Shown one piece after another: positions 11,698-24,100 of a stretch of DNA of 64,000 nucleotides. The position numbers and the translations under genes were made by a program. The DNA comes from Octopus sinensis (Eukaryota). The stretch lies in the NCBI RefSeq assembly GCF_006345805.1, contig NC_043024.1, forward strand, positions 10,850,001 to 10,914,000, in the 5' to 3' direction. The notes under the pieces were generated by a model. It was not told where the DNA came from. It was given only the letters and a program-made list of their open reading frames with translations, and searched no databases. How positions within the stretch are numbered: the first letter of the stretch is position 1; the number at the start of each line of letters is the position of its first letter.

Positions 11698-14600
11698 TGC
11701 ATATATGGGTACAGGACATCAAAAAACGTTGAAAACATGAGAAACAAAAACAAAAACATAGAAACAAACTTTTTTTTCAAACAACGAAAAAACAGAGTAC
11801 AAGGCATACAATACAAGGAATATTCCCCTTCTATATATATATATATAATATAAATAATATATATATGTAATATAATAATATATATATGTAATATAAATAA
11901 TATATAAATATATGCATATATACATACATATATGTACATACCTACATTTATGTGTATATATACATGCATGTATGGGTACAGGACATAGAAAAAAAAACGT
12001 TGAACACAATGAGAAACGAAAACATAAAAACAAAACCATGGAAACAAACTTTTTTTCAAACAATGAAAAAACAGAGTACAGGACATACAATACAAGGAAC
12101 ATTCCCCTTCTTCAGTTGTCCCTGTTTCGTCTACTCCACGTTTCGAAGGTAAGGACAATACGCGACTTCGTTGAAACTGTCCTTCCCGCAAAGCAAATTA
12201 AATAAAATTAGGGATTTTTTGCGGGGGGGTAATAATAGTAACAAGAACAGGAGAGTAAGAACAATAATATTGTTGTTGTTGTTTTTTGTTTCAGGAGGAA
12301 GATTTAAAGCGAGTGTTTTTGTTTGCCATTCAAGTCCTCAATGAATTGGAGAAACAACCCAGTCCACTGAGTAGAGAGGCCACAGCTGTGATGAACAGGT
12401 TGCTTTCCATAGCAGAACAAGTCCTTAGTTGGGAGTTTACACCTAAAGCTTGTATCCTTTCTCTTCACAAAACTATACCCTTTTTTTTTTCAATTCTCTC
12501 TCTCTGTAAATAAATGAATTTCAGCAAAATGACAATCGTCAAAGTATTGGGATGATTGCTTCGTGTCGTTAATTTCGGCTCTCTGCACTTTTTCGAATAC
12601 GACCAAGGTGAACTTTGCCTTTCATTCTTTCAGGGTCAATAAAGTACCTGAGTAGATTCTTTGTTTTCTCTTTCTGGAAGTAATCAGGTATGGTCCTGTG
12701 GTCAGACCATCACCAGATCTGAATATACCCAAGACCTACTTTCTCTGTCACAATAGTGTCCTTGCCCCATCAGGAGTTGAGGCCCATGTGTATACTCTTT
12801 ACTCTTTTACTTGTTTCAGTCATTTGACTGCGGCCATGCTGGAGCACCGCCTTCAGTCGAGCAAGTCGACCCCGGGACTTATTCTTTTTAAGCCCAGTAC
12901 TTATTCTATCGGTCTCTTTTGCCGAACCGCTAAGTGACGGGGCCACAAACACACCAGCATCGGTTGTCAAGCAATGCTAGGGGGACAAACACAGACACAC
13001 ACACATATATATATACATATATACGACAGACTTCTTTCAGTTTCTGTCTACCAAATCCACTCACAAGGCATTGGTCAGCCCGGGGCTATAGTTGAAGACA
13101 CTTGCCCAAGATGCCACGCAGTGGGACTGAACCTGGAACCATGTGGTTGGTTAGCAAGCTACTTACCACACAGCCACTCCTGCGCGTATATATATATATA
13201 ATATTATGCATGTGGTTAAGGTATTAGACTCACAATCACTAGATTGTGGGTTCAATTCCCAAGCTGGATGGTGCGTTGTGTTCTTGAGCCACTCCTGCAC
13301 CTATTTACAATCATCATGCATGTATTTACACACACACACACACTCTCTCTCTCTCACACACACACATTCACACACAATACACATATATACAATGGGCTTC
13401 TTTCAGTTTTTTTGTCTGTTAAACTCGCACACAAAAGCTTTGATTGGCCTGGGTCTAGAATAGAAAACACTGGGCCAAGGTGCCATGCAGTGGGGATTGA
13501 ACCCAAGACCCCAATGTTGGGAATCTAGCTTCTGAACCACACATCCATGCCTAAGTCCGGGGGGCAGGGGGAATGTATTGCATAATGTTTTTTACAATTT
13601 TTTGCTAAGTTTCTTCCTTAATGGTTCCTAGTTTTTCGTCGCTACGTTGGCTGTTTCGAGTCAACACAGAACGTAATTCTACGTCCAAATGACACTTGGC
13701 GAGACACTTTACTCGACGGTGACCTGATGCAGCTTCTGTTTCGCGTAAGTAGAACGTAATTCCTTTATTTTGGGCCTCAACATTACCCAATCCCTCCTTC
13801 CCTCCTTTCTAACCAAAAAAAAAAAAAAAAAAAAAAAAACCAGATCCTTGTTGCTTGAGCCTTCTGGGTCAGTGAGAAATCTGGACCTGTTTTCTAAATT
13901 TACTAGAAATACCAAGTAGATCTCCCTCAAATCATACTTTGTTGTCTTAAATAATTATTTAATCCTTTTTGATACCAATCCATCGAGGACCACCCCTGCT
14001 TCTATGATACAAAACCTCTACACCTCCACTCATTCACCTGACCCCCGTCTGATCTTGTATGTTCTTACCTTGACACATGTTACCATTGTTCCACAGGTAC
14101 ACAAGAAAGTGCGACACAATTCAGAAATGGCTCACCGTTCCATGCAATGCCTCACACAGCTGGCATCACTGAGTGGACCGATCTTTCCCAATGACGCAGC
14201 ACGTACACAGTTTCTGGCTTCGTATATTGAGAATTTCCTACATATGTTTGGCAGGTAAGCTTACCATTATTATTATTATTATCGTTATGAAGGCGGCAAG
14301 CTGGCAGAACCATTAGCATGCTGGACGAACTGCTTAGCGGTATTTCGTCTGTCTGTCTTTACGTTCTGAGTTCAAATTCCGCCGAGGTCGACTTTGCCTT
14401 TCATCCTTTCGGGGTCGATAAATTAAGTACCAGTTACGCACTGGGGCCGATGTAATCGACTTAATCCCTTTGTCTGTCCTTGTTTGTCCTCCCTGTGTTT
14501 AGCCCCTTGTGGGTAGTAAAGAAATAGGTATTTCGTCTGCTGTTATGTTCTGAGTTCAAATTCCACCAAGGTCAACTTTACCTTTCATCCTTTCAGGGGT

Positions 14601-17600
14601 GATTAAATAAGTACCAGTTATGCACTGGGGTCAATGTAATTGACTTAATTCCCTCTCCCAAGTTCCCTTATGGCAAAAATTTGAAATCATCATCATTTAA
14701 CGTCCACTTTCCATGCTAGCATGTGTTGGACGATTTGACTGAGGTCTGGCGAACCTGATGGCTGCACCAGACTCCAATCTGATCTGGCAGACTCCAATCT
14801 TCCTAACGCCAACCACTTTACAGTGTGGACCAGATGCTTTTTTTGTGCCACTGGCTCAGGCACATTTACTCACTGAAATAGTTTACGTCTGCCATGCTGT
14901 CTTCCATGATTTCAGTGTAACCCTAGCTGGGGGTGATTACATGCTATTTAATTCATTTGCTGGGACCCCAACAGGTGTTACCACTCCAGGTCAGAGTAGA
15001 CATGGGAACAAGATAGTAGCTAAAAGGTGATTCCACATTCTTCAAAACCCTTGAACCAGGGTCTCACTACTGGATGAAGTTTGAAGTCATACCCTATTTC
15101 AACAGAAATATGGTAACGAAAGGGTATTAATGACAAAGATATTTCACTAAATTCACTATGTTCAAAATCAGTTGAGACAAAAGCAAAGTATTTTAATGGA
15201 AATATGGTAACAAAAGGGTTAAAAGAAAGTAAGTCACTTCAGAAATGGGGTTCATTTTTTTTTTTTTTTTCTTTTCTTCCAGCATTGACCTCCAGTTCTA
15301 CGAATACCTCGGAGTTGCTCAAACCATCAAGAATCTTGTGCTTATGTTTCCACTCGCTTGCTTCACTAGTTTATCTGAGCAATTATTGAATGCCTTCATC
15401 AGCCAAATGACCAAGCTGACCTGCTCCCTTTGTAAGAAAGCTGTACATGAAGACCTGGTAAGTTGAGCCTTCTGCATCATTTGAGATTTAGGGTCAATCT
15501 ATTTGCGGCAAGGGCGACCTCATTTTGGCAAGTGGGCCATACGAGACATGGCTTATCATCATCAGGTGGGCCACACTACTTAAAGAGTTGAAGGCAATTT
15601 TGTCATTCTGAGAGTCCCATGGGCAGGGCCAGATTAAGACCCATAAAGGCCCTCAACACGTAAAAGATTTTGTTGTCCCCTTATATATGTAATTCAAAAT
15701 ATAAACAATAATAAACTATAAGATAAATTTTCAGGCAATCTTTCAGTACTAGGTACATAGTTGTTACTTATAAACCCACGTAGGTTTATTTACATTTCTG
15801 AGGAAAAGAGAAACCATTCCCTCATGGGGTTGGGGTTAAGGGTGTGGAGAACGGTTTCTTTTTTCTTCAGAAATGTAAATAAACCCACGTGGGTTTATAA
15901 GTGACAGTTATGTATCTAGTACCGAAAGATCGCCAATTTTTAATTTTTCAAAACGGAACGAAACAAACAGTAAGATGGAAAATAATGTTTATTTCTGTAT
16001 AAAAATAAAATAAATAAATGCACCCTTTTAAAGCCTAGCCAGGCTCATGGGCCCGGTTTCTATGGCATATGTGTTCCCCAGCTGGACGGGACGCCAGTCC
16101 ATCACAGCGTTACTCATTTTTGCCAGCTGAGAGAACTGGAGCAACGTGAAATGAAGTGTTTTGCTCAAGAACACAACGCGTCGCCCGGTCCAGGAATCAA
16201 AACCACAATCTTACGATCATGGTGCTGACACCCTAACCATTAAGCCACGCGCCTCCACAAATAAATGCGACCTTTTAAAGCCTAGCCAGGCTCATGGGCC
16301 CGGTTTCCCGGTTTCAATGGCGTATGTGTTCCCCAGCTGGACGGGACGCCAGTCCATCGCAGCGTTACTAATTTTTGCCAGCTGAGTGGACTGGAGCAAC
16401 ATGAAATGAAGTGTTTTGCTCAAGAATACGTGTTGCCCGGTCCAGGAATTGAAACCACAATCTTACAATCATGGTGCTGACATCCGAACCACTAAGCCAC
16501 ACGCCTACACTTTATTTTTGTATACTTCCACTTTATTTATATTTGAAGGGTTTTCTCCTACTTTTTTTAACCACAAAGTCCTTGATCAGGTCCTCACTGT
16601 GACATCATAACCACTTCTAATCCTTCAGCATTTGTAATACTCTGTCAAATGTAATACTAATTCATTCACACTGTTTTGAATTAATCCTGCATTATCTCAT
16701 AGCTTTGAGATTTCACTAATATGATTGCTTGCTTTTAGAATGATGTTGTTTGGCAGGTATGAGAGGCCTGATCTAACCAGTTTAAATATAAAACACAATG
16801 TAGTAAAGAGTGTTTGCCAACGTAACATGGCAGTTTTGGTTTAGGACGAATGTTGCTGTAATTTAGCCCCAGGAGACATCGTCCCCAGCTGGCTATACGA
16901 CATGATCTGTGTCTTTATATTTTCGAACAAGGGAATCTAGCACCCACACTCAGCTCAAAACAATATCTGTGTATCATGATTTCCAGGTTATTTCCCTTCA
17001 TCAGCACAGAATAATTGTTCAGCTTTTTGTAAATCTCACAAGAGATATTCAGCAACAGTACTTTGGAGTAAAGATTGTTTGCCAACATAACATGGCAGTC
17101 CTGGTTTAGGACGAATGTTGCTGTAATTTAGCCCCAGGAGACACTGTCTCCAGCTGGCTATACGACACGATCTGTGTCCTTATATTTCCGAACAAGGGAA
17201 TCTAGTACCCCTACTCAGTGCCACCTCTAGCTGAGCAATTATTCTGTGCTGATGAAGGGAAATAACCCAGAAATCGCGATACACAGATATTGTTTTGAGC
17301 TGGGTGGGGGTGCTAGATTTCCTTATTCGAAAATATAAGGACACATATTGTGTCGTATAGCCAGCTGGGGACGATGTCTCCTGGGGCTAAATTACAGCAA
17401 CATTCATCCTAAACCAGGACTGCCATGTTATGTTGGCAAACAATCTTTACTCCAAAGTACTGTTGCTGAATATCTCTTGTTGTGAGATTTAAAATAGTAA
17501 TTTTCTAATAAAACACAATATTTTAGTCAAACATGGCCAGTAATATGATCCTTATTTGTTCACATTGTTTGGAATTAATCCTGTATGATTTTATGGCTTT

Positions 17601-20600
17601 GAGATTTCTATAATGTAATTGTTTATTTTTAAAGAATGACATTGTAGGGTAAGTGCAAGAAGCCAGATCTGGCCAGTTTGAACATTAGAGGGTTAACGCT
17701 TAATCCAGTGCTGCCCCTGTGTGTGACAGGTTGTCCTTTTGTGCCATAGACCATTTACCATTTCCATGGTGCCCTCCACTTCCCTTGATGCCCTAATCAC
17801 GTGCTTATTTTGGTTAATGGTTAATCCAGCCCTTGGTGGGTGGGGACTTCGGGTTGTCCGTGACTGCCGTGCTTCATTGCCCTCACTTCACTGTTTTGTT
17901 TTGCATAGATTAACAAAGATGAAACGATTCACATGGAAGCTTACGAGCGGATGCTGGAAGCATGGATGCAGATAATTTCCAACGCACGCAACTTTCCACT
18001 TGGCTTTCTGCGGTCACAAGCTGTTGAAGTGTTCAATTCCTACCTACAGTGTCACCTCAGCCCTCCTGACGGAATACGTAACCAGGCAAGTAATTACACA
18101 CACACACACACACACACACACCTGTATTTGTATGCACAGGTAATCACCATTATTTAATATCTTCTCTTTCCACGTTTGAATGAGCCAGACAGAATCTGTT
18201 GAGGCAGATCTTCTACTTTGGATGCAGTCACCTAACTTGGATCATCTTAGTGGCATTGAGCAAGAGGTTGTATGGTGGACCCGTTTGAAAGGGCTAAAGT
18301 CAGACACTTTCCTCTTTGGTCAAGGCCTCATCAACTTTTTCAAGTTTCACTTGAAAAGGAAGATGAGGTTAGAGAGGAGAGTGCTGTCTGATAGCAAGTT
18401 TTCTAAAAGGTGGGTGATTTGTGCGAGACTGGCCAGTATAATTGGACCAATTTTCAGGTTTCGCCTGTAATTGAAAAAGGTATTATAAAAGGAGAAAGGG
18501 GCTCTCTACCCGCCCTTTTGACCAGGCTCACGTGGCTTTTATGAGTTTTTCCACGTGAGACCTTTTCTTTTTTTCGAAGCGTCTCCTCTATTGGGAGTTT
18601 TTCATTGTTATACTGCTTTTTACTCGTTTTTTTTTTTCACAAACGGACAAAACCTTTCGTCCTGTTTTGTCCCTTTATGTTTTCCAATCATATTTGTCAG
18701 CCCTTGTGGCCAAATAAAAAGAATTAATTATTATTATTATTGAGTGAGAGAGCCATGCATGTATTCAAAGTGACACTGGGGTAAAATATACGAAGCTCAA
18801 TATACCCATCATGGCTACCCGTCTGATAAGGGTACACCAGGCACATGCATCACAACCATATGTGCGCGACATGGTGATCTCATATCAAGATAAACAGCAC
18901 ATGACCTTGCAGGTGGGGCCCAGTTAGAATTTTCTTCAGGTTGAGTAGCCCATCCCGCTCAAAAGGTCCCTGAATAAGGGTTGTTTAAGGATGTTGAAAA
19001 AACCACCCATGTTTCCAGAGGTGAATTATTCAAACCCCAAAGAATCCCTCTCAACACATGGCTATGATGCTCCCCCACTGCTTCTGCTCGTGGTCAGAGA
19101 TGCACATATCGTCAGCCACTAAGGGACATGCTCAACTGGTTACGGTCAAACAACTGACTAGCAAATCTGTGGTCTTGAGCAGAATATTTGCTGTACCCCA
19201 TCTTTTATTATTATTATTATTATTATTCTATATGGAGTCCTATATGTTTGATTACAGATTTTAGGAAACGATGTGATTGAAGACGATGAAATTGAGGAAC
19301 TCGACGAAGATGACCGAGAGAAGTTTAATGACCAACTGAGCAGCATCGGTTCCTTGGGCCGCCTCGTTGCTGACCACACAGTCCCATTGATGGCCAAGTG
19401 AGTTGGCTTATTTCTTTTTGATGTCCCTTAAGCACATTAACAACAGCAACCAAACTCCCACCTTTTCAAACTTTGAAAATTTCTGTCAAGTGACACACTT
19501 ATTATTATCATTATTGGATTGCCTAGCACTGTGTTCTAAGAACTCCTCTCAGGATATTGATTAATGCATGAAGGTAAACCTCTTGCAGTTTCTATCTGCA
19601 TATATTCATGAAACTAGCTGAGATACACAATGAAGATCAAGTTGTATACTCACAAACAATTTGATAGCCCCCAAAGTACCTTGGATTACATAACGACCTG
19701 CTGTGCTTACCTTGGATTGTAGGGTGACCTGCTGTGCTTGAGGAGACCTATTGAGTCAAGTACATCAACATCAAAATAAATATCAAATGGAAATTGTAGT
19801 TGTGATACCTGTGCTGGTGGCACGTAAAATGCACCACCCGAACGTGGCCGATGCCAGTGCCGCCTTAACTGGATTCCGTACCAGTGGCACGTAAAAAGCA
19901 CCAACCGATCGTGGCCGCTGCCAGCCTCCCCTGGCACCTGTACTGGTGACACGTAAAAAGCACCCACTACACTCACGGAGTGGTTGGTGTTAGGAAGGGC
20001 ATCCAGCCATAGAAACACTGCCAGATCAGACTGGTGCCTGGTGCAGCCTCCTGGCTACCCAGACCCCAGTCGAACCGTCCAACCCATGCTAGCATGGAAA
20101 GCGGACGTTAAACGATGATGATTATTATTATTGAGGTGGTGAGCTAGAAGAATTGTTAGTATGTCAGACAAAATGTTTGGCAGCATTTTGTCCATCTTAA
20201 TGTTCTGTTCAAATTCCAGTGGAAGTTGACTTCGCCTTTCGTCCTTTAAGGGTCGATAAAACAAGTACCAGGTGTGTACTGGGGTCGATGTAATCGACTT
20301 AGCCCCTCCCCCGAAATTGCTGGCCTTGTGCCAAAATTTAAACCAATTTTTGTAATTTCTAAGGCGGTAGGCTAACAGAATTGTTTGCATGCCAGGCAAA
20401 AATGCTTTGTAGCATTTTGTCCATTTTTACGTTATCACTTCAAATTCCACTGAGGTCAACTTTGCCTTTCGTCCTTTCAGGGATGGGGGTTTCAATAAAA
20501 TAAGTAACAGTTGAAAACTGGGGTCAATGTAATCAACTCACCCCCCCCCCCAAAAAAAAATTTGCTGGCCTTGTGGCAAAATTAGAACCCAATATTTCAC

Positions 20601-21084
20601 CAACCCTCATACACTGAGTCTTTCTTGTCTTGAGATAGCATCCACCCAGGGTGGGTTGAGCTGGCTTCGTTCATCCTCAATGCTGCATCTCTCACAAATG
20701 CTGACCAGGCCTGGCGATTTGAGGCTAACGACCGCGTGATCTCCAACCACTCCTTATTCCAGTGGCGAACGCCGTAGACATGAGGCCCTAGGTTGAGTTC
20801 CAGATCAGCCTTGACTGTCATCAGCCAGGTTTTTCGTTGTCCACCACTTAGCTTTCGCAGCACTTTCATACAGTAAGTGAAAGTGAAACAAAGTCTACTA
20901 GTCAAGTTGTTTAGTAGTTGTGGTTACCAGTTTGTTGTTGTCCATTAAGATAAAAATGAAATTTTCCCAGTGCCAAAAGGTCCCAGGGGCAAAATATCTG
21001 TTGTTAAAAAATAAGTCAGCACTGAATCAGTGGCAGCAAATAGGCTGTGCCAAACTGTCTCATACCCTTCGGTTAAAAGTACTA

Positions 21085-21119
<35 letters not shown>

Positions 21120-24100
21120 ACTACTACTATTGCTACTACTACTACTATTGCTTCTACTACTACTATTGCTACTACTACTACTACTACTACTACTGTTGCT
21201 GCTGCTACTACTACTATTGCTACTGCTACTACTACTATTGCTACTACTACTACTATTGCTGCTACTACTACTGTTGCTACTACTACTACGACTACTACTA
21301 TTGCTGCTACTACTACTACTGCTACTACTACTACTATTGCTGCTACTACTACTATTGCTACTACTACTACTATTACTGCTACTACTACTACTATTACTAC
21401 TACTACTACTACTACTATTGCTGCTACTACTACTACTATTGCTACTACTACTACTATTCCTACTACTACTATTGCTACTACTACTACTATTGCTACTGCT
21501 GCTGCTACTACTATTACTACTACTATTGCTGCTACTACTACTACTACAATTGCTGCTGCTACCACTACTACTTACTTGTGTTTCATTTCAGGTTGATTGA
21601 GGACCGAGTGAACCAGTTCAACAACCAGCTACAACTACTTCAACAGATGAGGGCCGCACAGAACATGAACAGTTCCAACATTTCCATAAACGAGGAATTG
21701 TTCAAGGTTCTGCACGAAGACTTGCATTGGTTGATTCTTATTGCTGGTAAGGTCGACTTCTTCCTAACGACATTTGTCTGTGTTTGTCCCCCCAACATCG
21801 CTTGACAACTGATGCTGATGTGTTTACCTCCCAGTGTCTTAGTGGTTCGGCATAAGAGACCGATAGAATAAGTACTCGGCTTACAAAGAATAAGTCCTGG
21901 GGTCGATTTGCTCGACTAAAGGCGATGCTCCAGCATGGCCACAGTCAAATGACTGAAACAAGTAAAAGAATATATATATATGTGTATATATAGGCATAGG
22001 AGTGGCTGTGTGGTAAGTAGCTTGCTAACCAAACACATGGTTCCGGGTTCAGTCCCACTGCGTGGCACCTTGGGCAAGTGTCTTCTACTATAGCCTTGAG
22101 CTGACCAAAGCCTTATGAGTGGATTTGGTAGACGGAAACTGAAAGAAGCCTGTCGTATATATATATATATATATATGCGTGTGAGTGTATGTGCGTGTGT
22201 GTTTGTGTGTATGGATGTATGTGTGTTAGTATCTTGCCTTAACCTCATGCCTGGATCATGGGAAAATATTTTCTCTCCTTGAAAGAAATAAAGGAATAAA
22301 GGTTGGCAAAGGAAGAAAATTTGCCCCAACAAAAATTCTGTCCAGCCCATGGAAGTGAACCATTAAACCAATGCTAATTAATGATGGTGTGTGTGTGTGT
22401 TTGTATGTGTATGTATGTATATTATGTACAGTATATATTTCTTGTGTTTTTCTGTTGCAACAGGTCACCTATTAACAGAGGAGTGTGAAGGGGACACACC
22501 TTTGATTCCTGCAGACATCATGGAGTATTCCATCTCACAGGAACCCTCTGTCAACCTTGATATCACCCTCAGAGTTCTTGGCAGCCCATCGGAGCGGCTG
22601 GAGAATATTCCTGGGAGTGAACAAGGAACTGATAATGTGGTCAGGTAAGGAGACTCGACAGGTTCATAGATGCTTGTGTGTGTGTGTGATTTGTCCAGTA
22701 CAGGGGTCACCAAACTCTTTTCACAGCGGGACAGCCAACTGAGAAGGAGCACAGGCTGTATAACCATTTTGTTCAACACAATATAGTAAATACACAAAAA
22801 TTAAAACAATCAACATATTTATTTACCAAAAGTTATCAAAGGCGCAGGAGTGGCTGTGTGGTAAGTAGCTTGCTTACCAACCACATGGTTCCAGTTTCAG
22901 TCCCACTGTGTGTCACCTTGGGCAAGTGTCTTCTACTATAGCCTTGGGCCGACCAAAGCCTCATGAGTGGATTTGGTTGACAGAAACTGAAAGAAGCCCG
23001 CCGTATATATGTATATATATGTATGTGTGTATATGTTTGTGTGTCTGTGTTTGTCCCCCTAGCATTGCTTGACAACCGATGCTGGTGTTTTTACATCCCC
23101 GTTACTTAGTGGTTCAGCAAAAGAGTCTGATAGAATAATTACTAGGCTTACAAAGAAAAAGTCCTGGGGGCGGTGCTCCAGCATGGCCACAGTCAAATGA
23201 CTGAAACTAGTAAAAGAGTAAAAAAAAGGGTAAAGAAGGCGACGTTTAGCAATGGGATAGTCATATCTCCCCCAGTGTGACCCTATCCAAATCTCACAAA
23301 CTAAGCAACAAAAAAGGTTGGTGAAATTGGTGTTTAGGTTTTTGAAGATATCAATATTTGCTTTGGAATTGCTGCATCCGACCAAGAGAATTGCTTCCAA
23401 ATGTTCATCAGTCAACGTTGTTCAATGTCCTGACTTCACATTCTTCATTTTTGAAATTGAAAGAAGCCCATCATGTGTGTGTGTATGTGTGTGTGTATAT
23501 GTATATAGAGATTATACATATGAAATCGATCAACATCAATGGAAATTGTAGGTGTAATACCAGTGCCAGTGGCACATAAGAGAACCATCCGAACGTGGCC
23601 GTTGCCAGCGCCGCCCCGACTGGCCTCCGTGCCGGTGGCACGTAAAAGGCATCATCCAATCGTGTCCGTTTGCCAGCCTCATCTGGCCTCCGTACCGGTG
23701 GCACGTAAAAAGCACCATCCGATCGTGGCCGTTTGCCAGCCTTGTCTGGCACGTAAAAAGCACCCACTAAACTCATGGAATGGTTGGCATTAGGAAGGGC
23801 ATCCAGCTGTAGAAACACTGCCAAATCAGACTGGAGCCTGGTGCAGCCTCCTGGCTTTGCAGACCCCAGCTGAACCGTCCAAGCCATGCTAGCATGGAAA
23901 ACGGACGTTAAACGATGATGATGATGTTTGTGTGTGTCTGTGTTTGTCCCCCACCATTACTTCACAACTGGTGCTGGTGTTTACGTCCCCATAACTTAGC
24001 AGTTTGGCAAAAGGGACCAACAGAATAAGTACCCGGCTTTAAAAAGTTCTCCAAGGTGGTGCCCCAGCATGGCCACAGTCTAACGACTGAAACAGGTAGA

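Larger units (their letters stand above)
16803..17490. mobile_element. Direct-plus-inverted repeat structure with hammerheads; probable Penelope-like pLTR relic
   Basis: Unit A (16803-17024) is followed by overlapping direct copy A' (17031-17218) and an inverted copy (17229-17490); hammerhead motifs in A and in the inverted copy. Confidence 0.65.

Noticed and set aside
12090-12160. Minus-strand CTGAAGA-AGGGGAA..TTCCTT as a hammerhead
   Set aside because: Stem II is followed by GTAT rather than GAAA, and no valid stem III-UH arrangement is present.
20920-21600. Long poly-L, poly-T/A and poly-V ORFs (188-226 aa)
   Set aside because: They are translations of an intronic (CTA)n compound microsatellite, with no splice or codon evidence.
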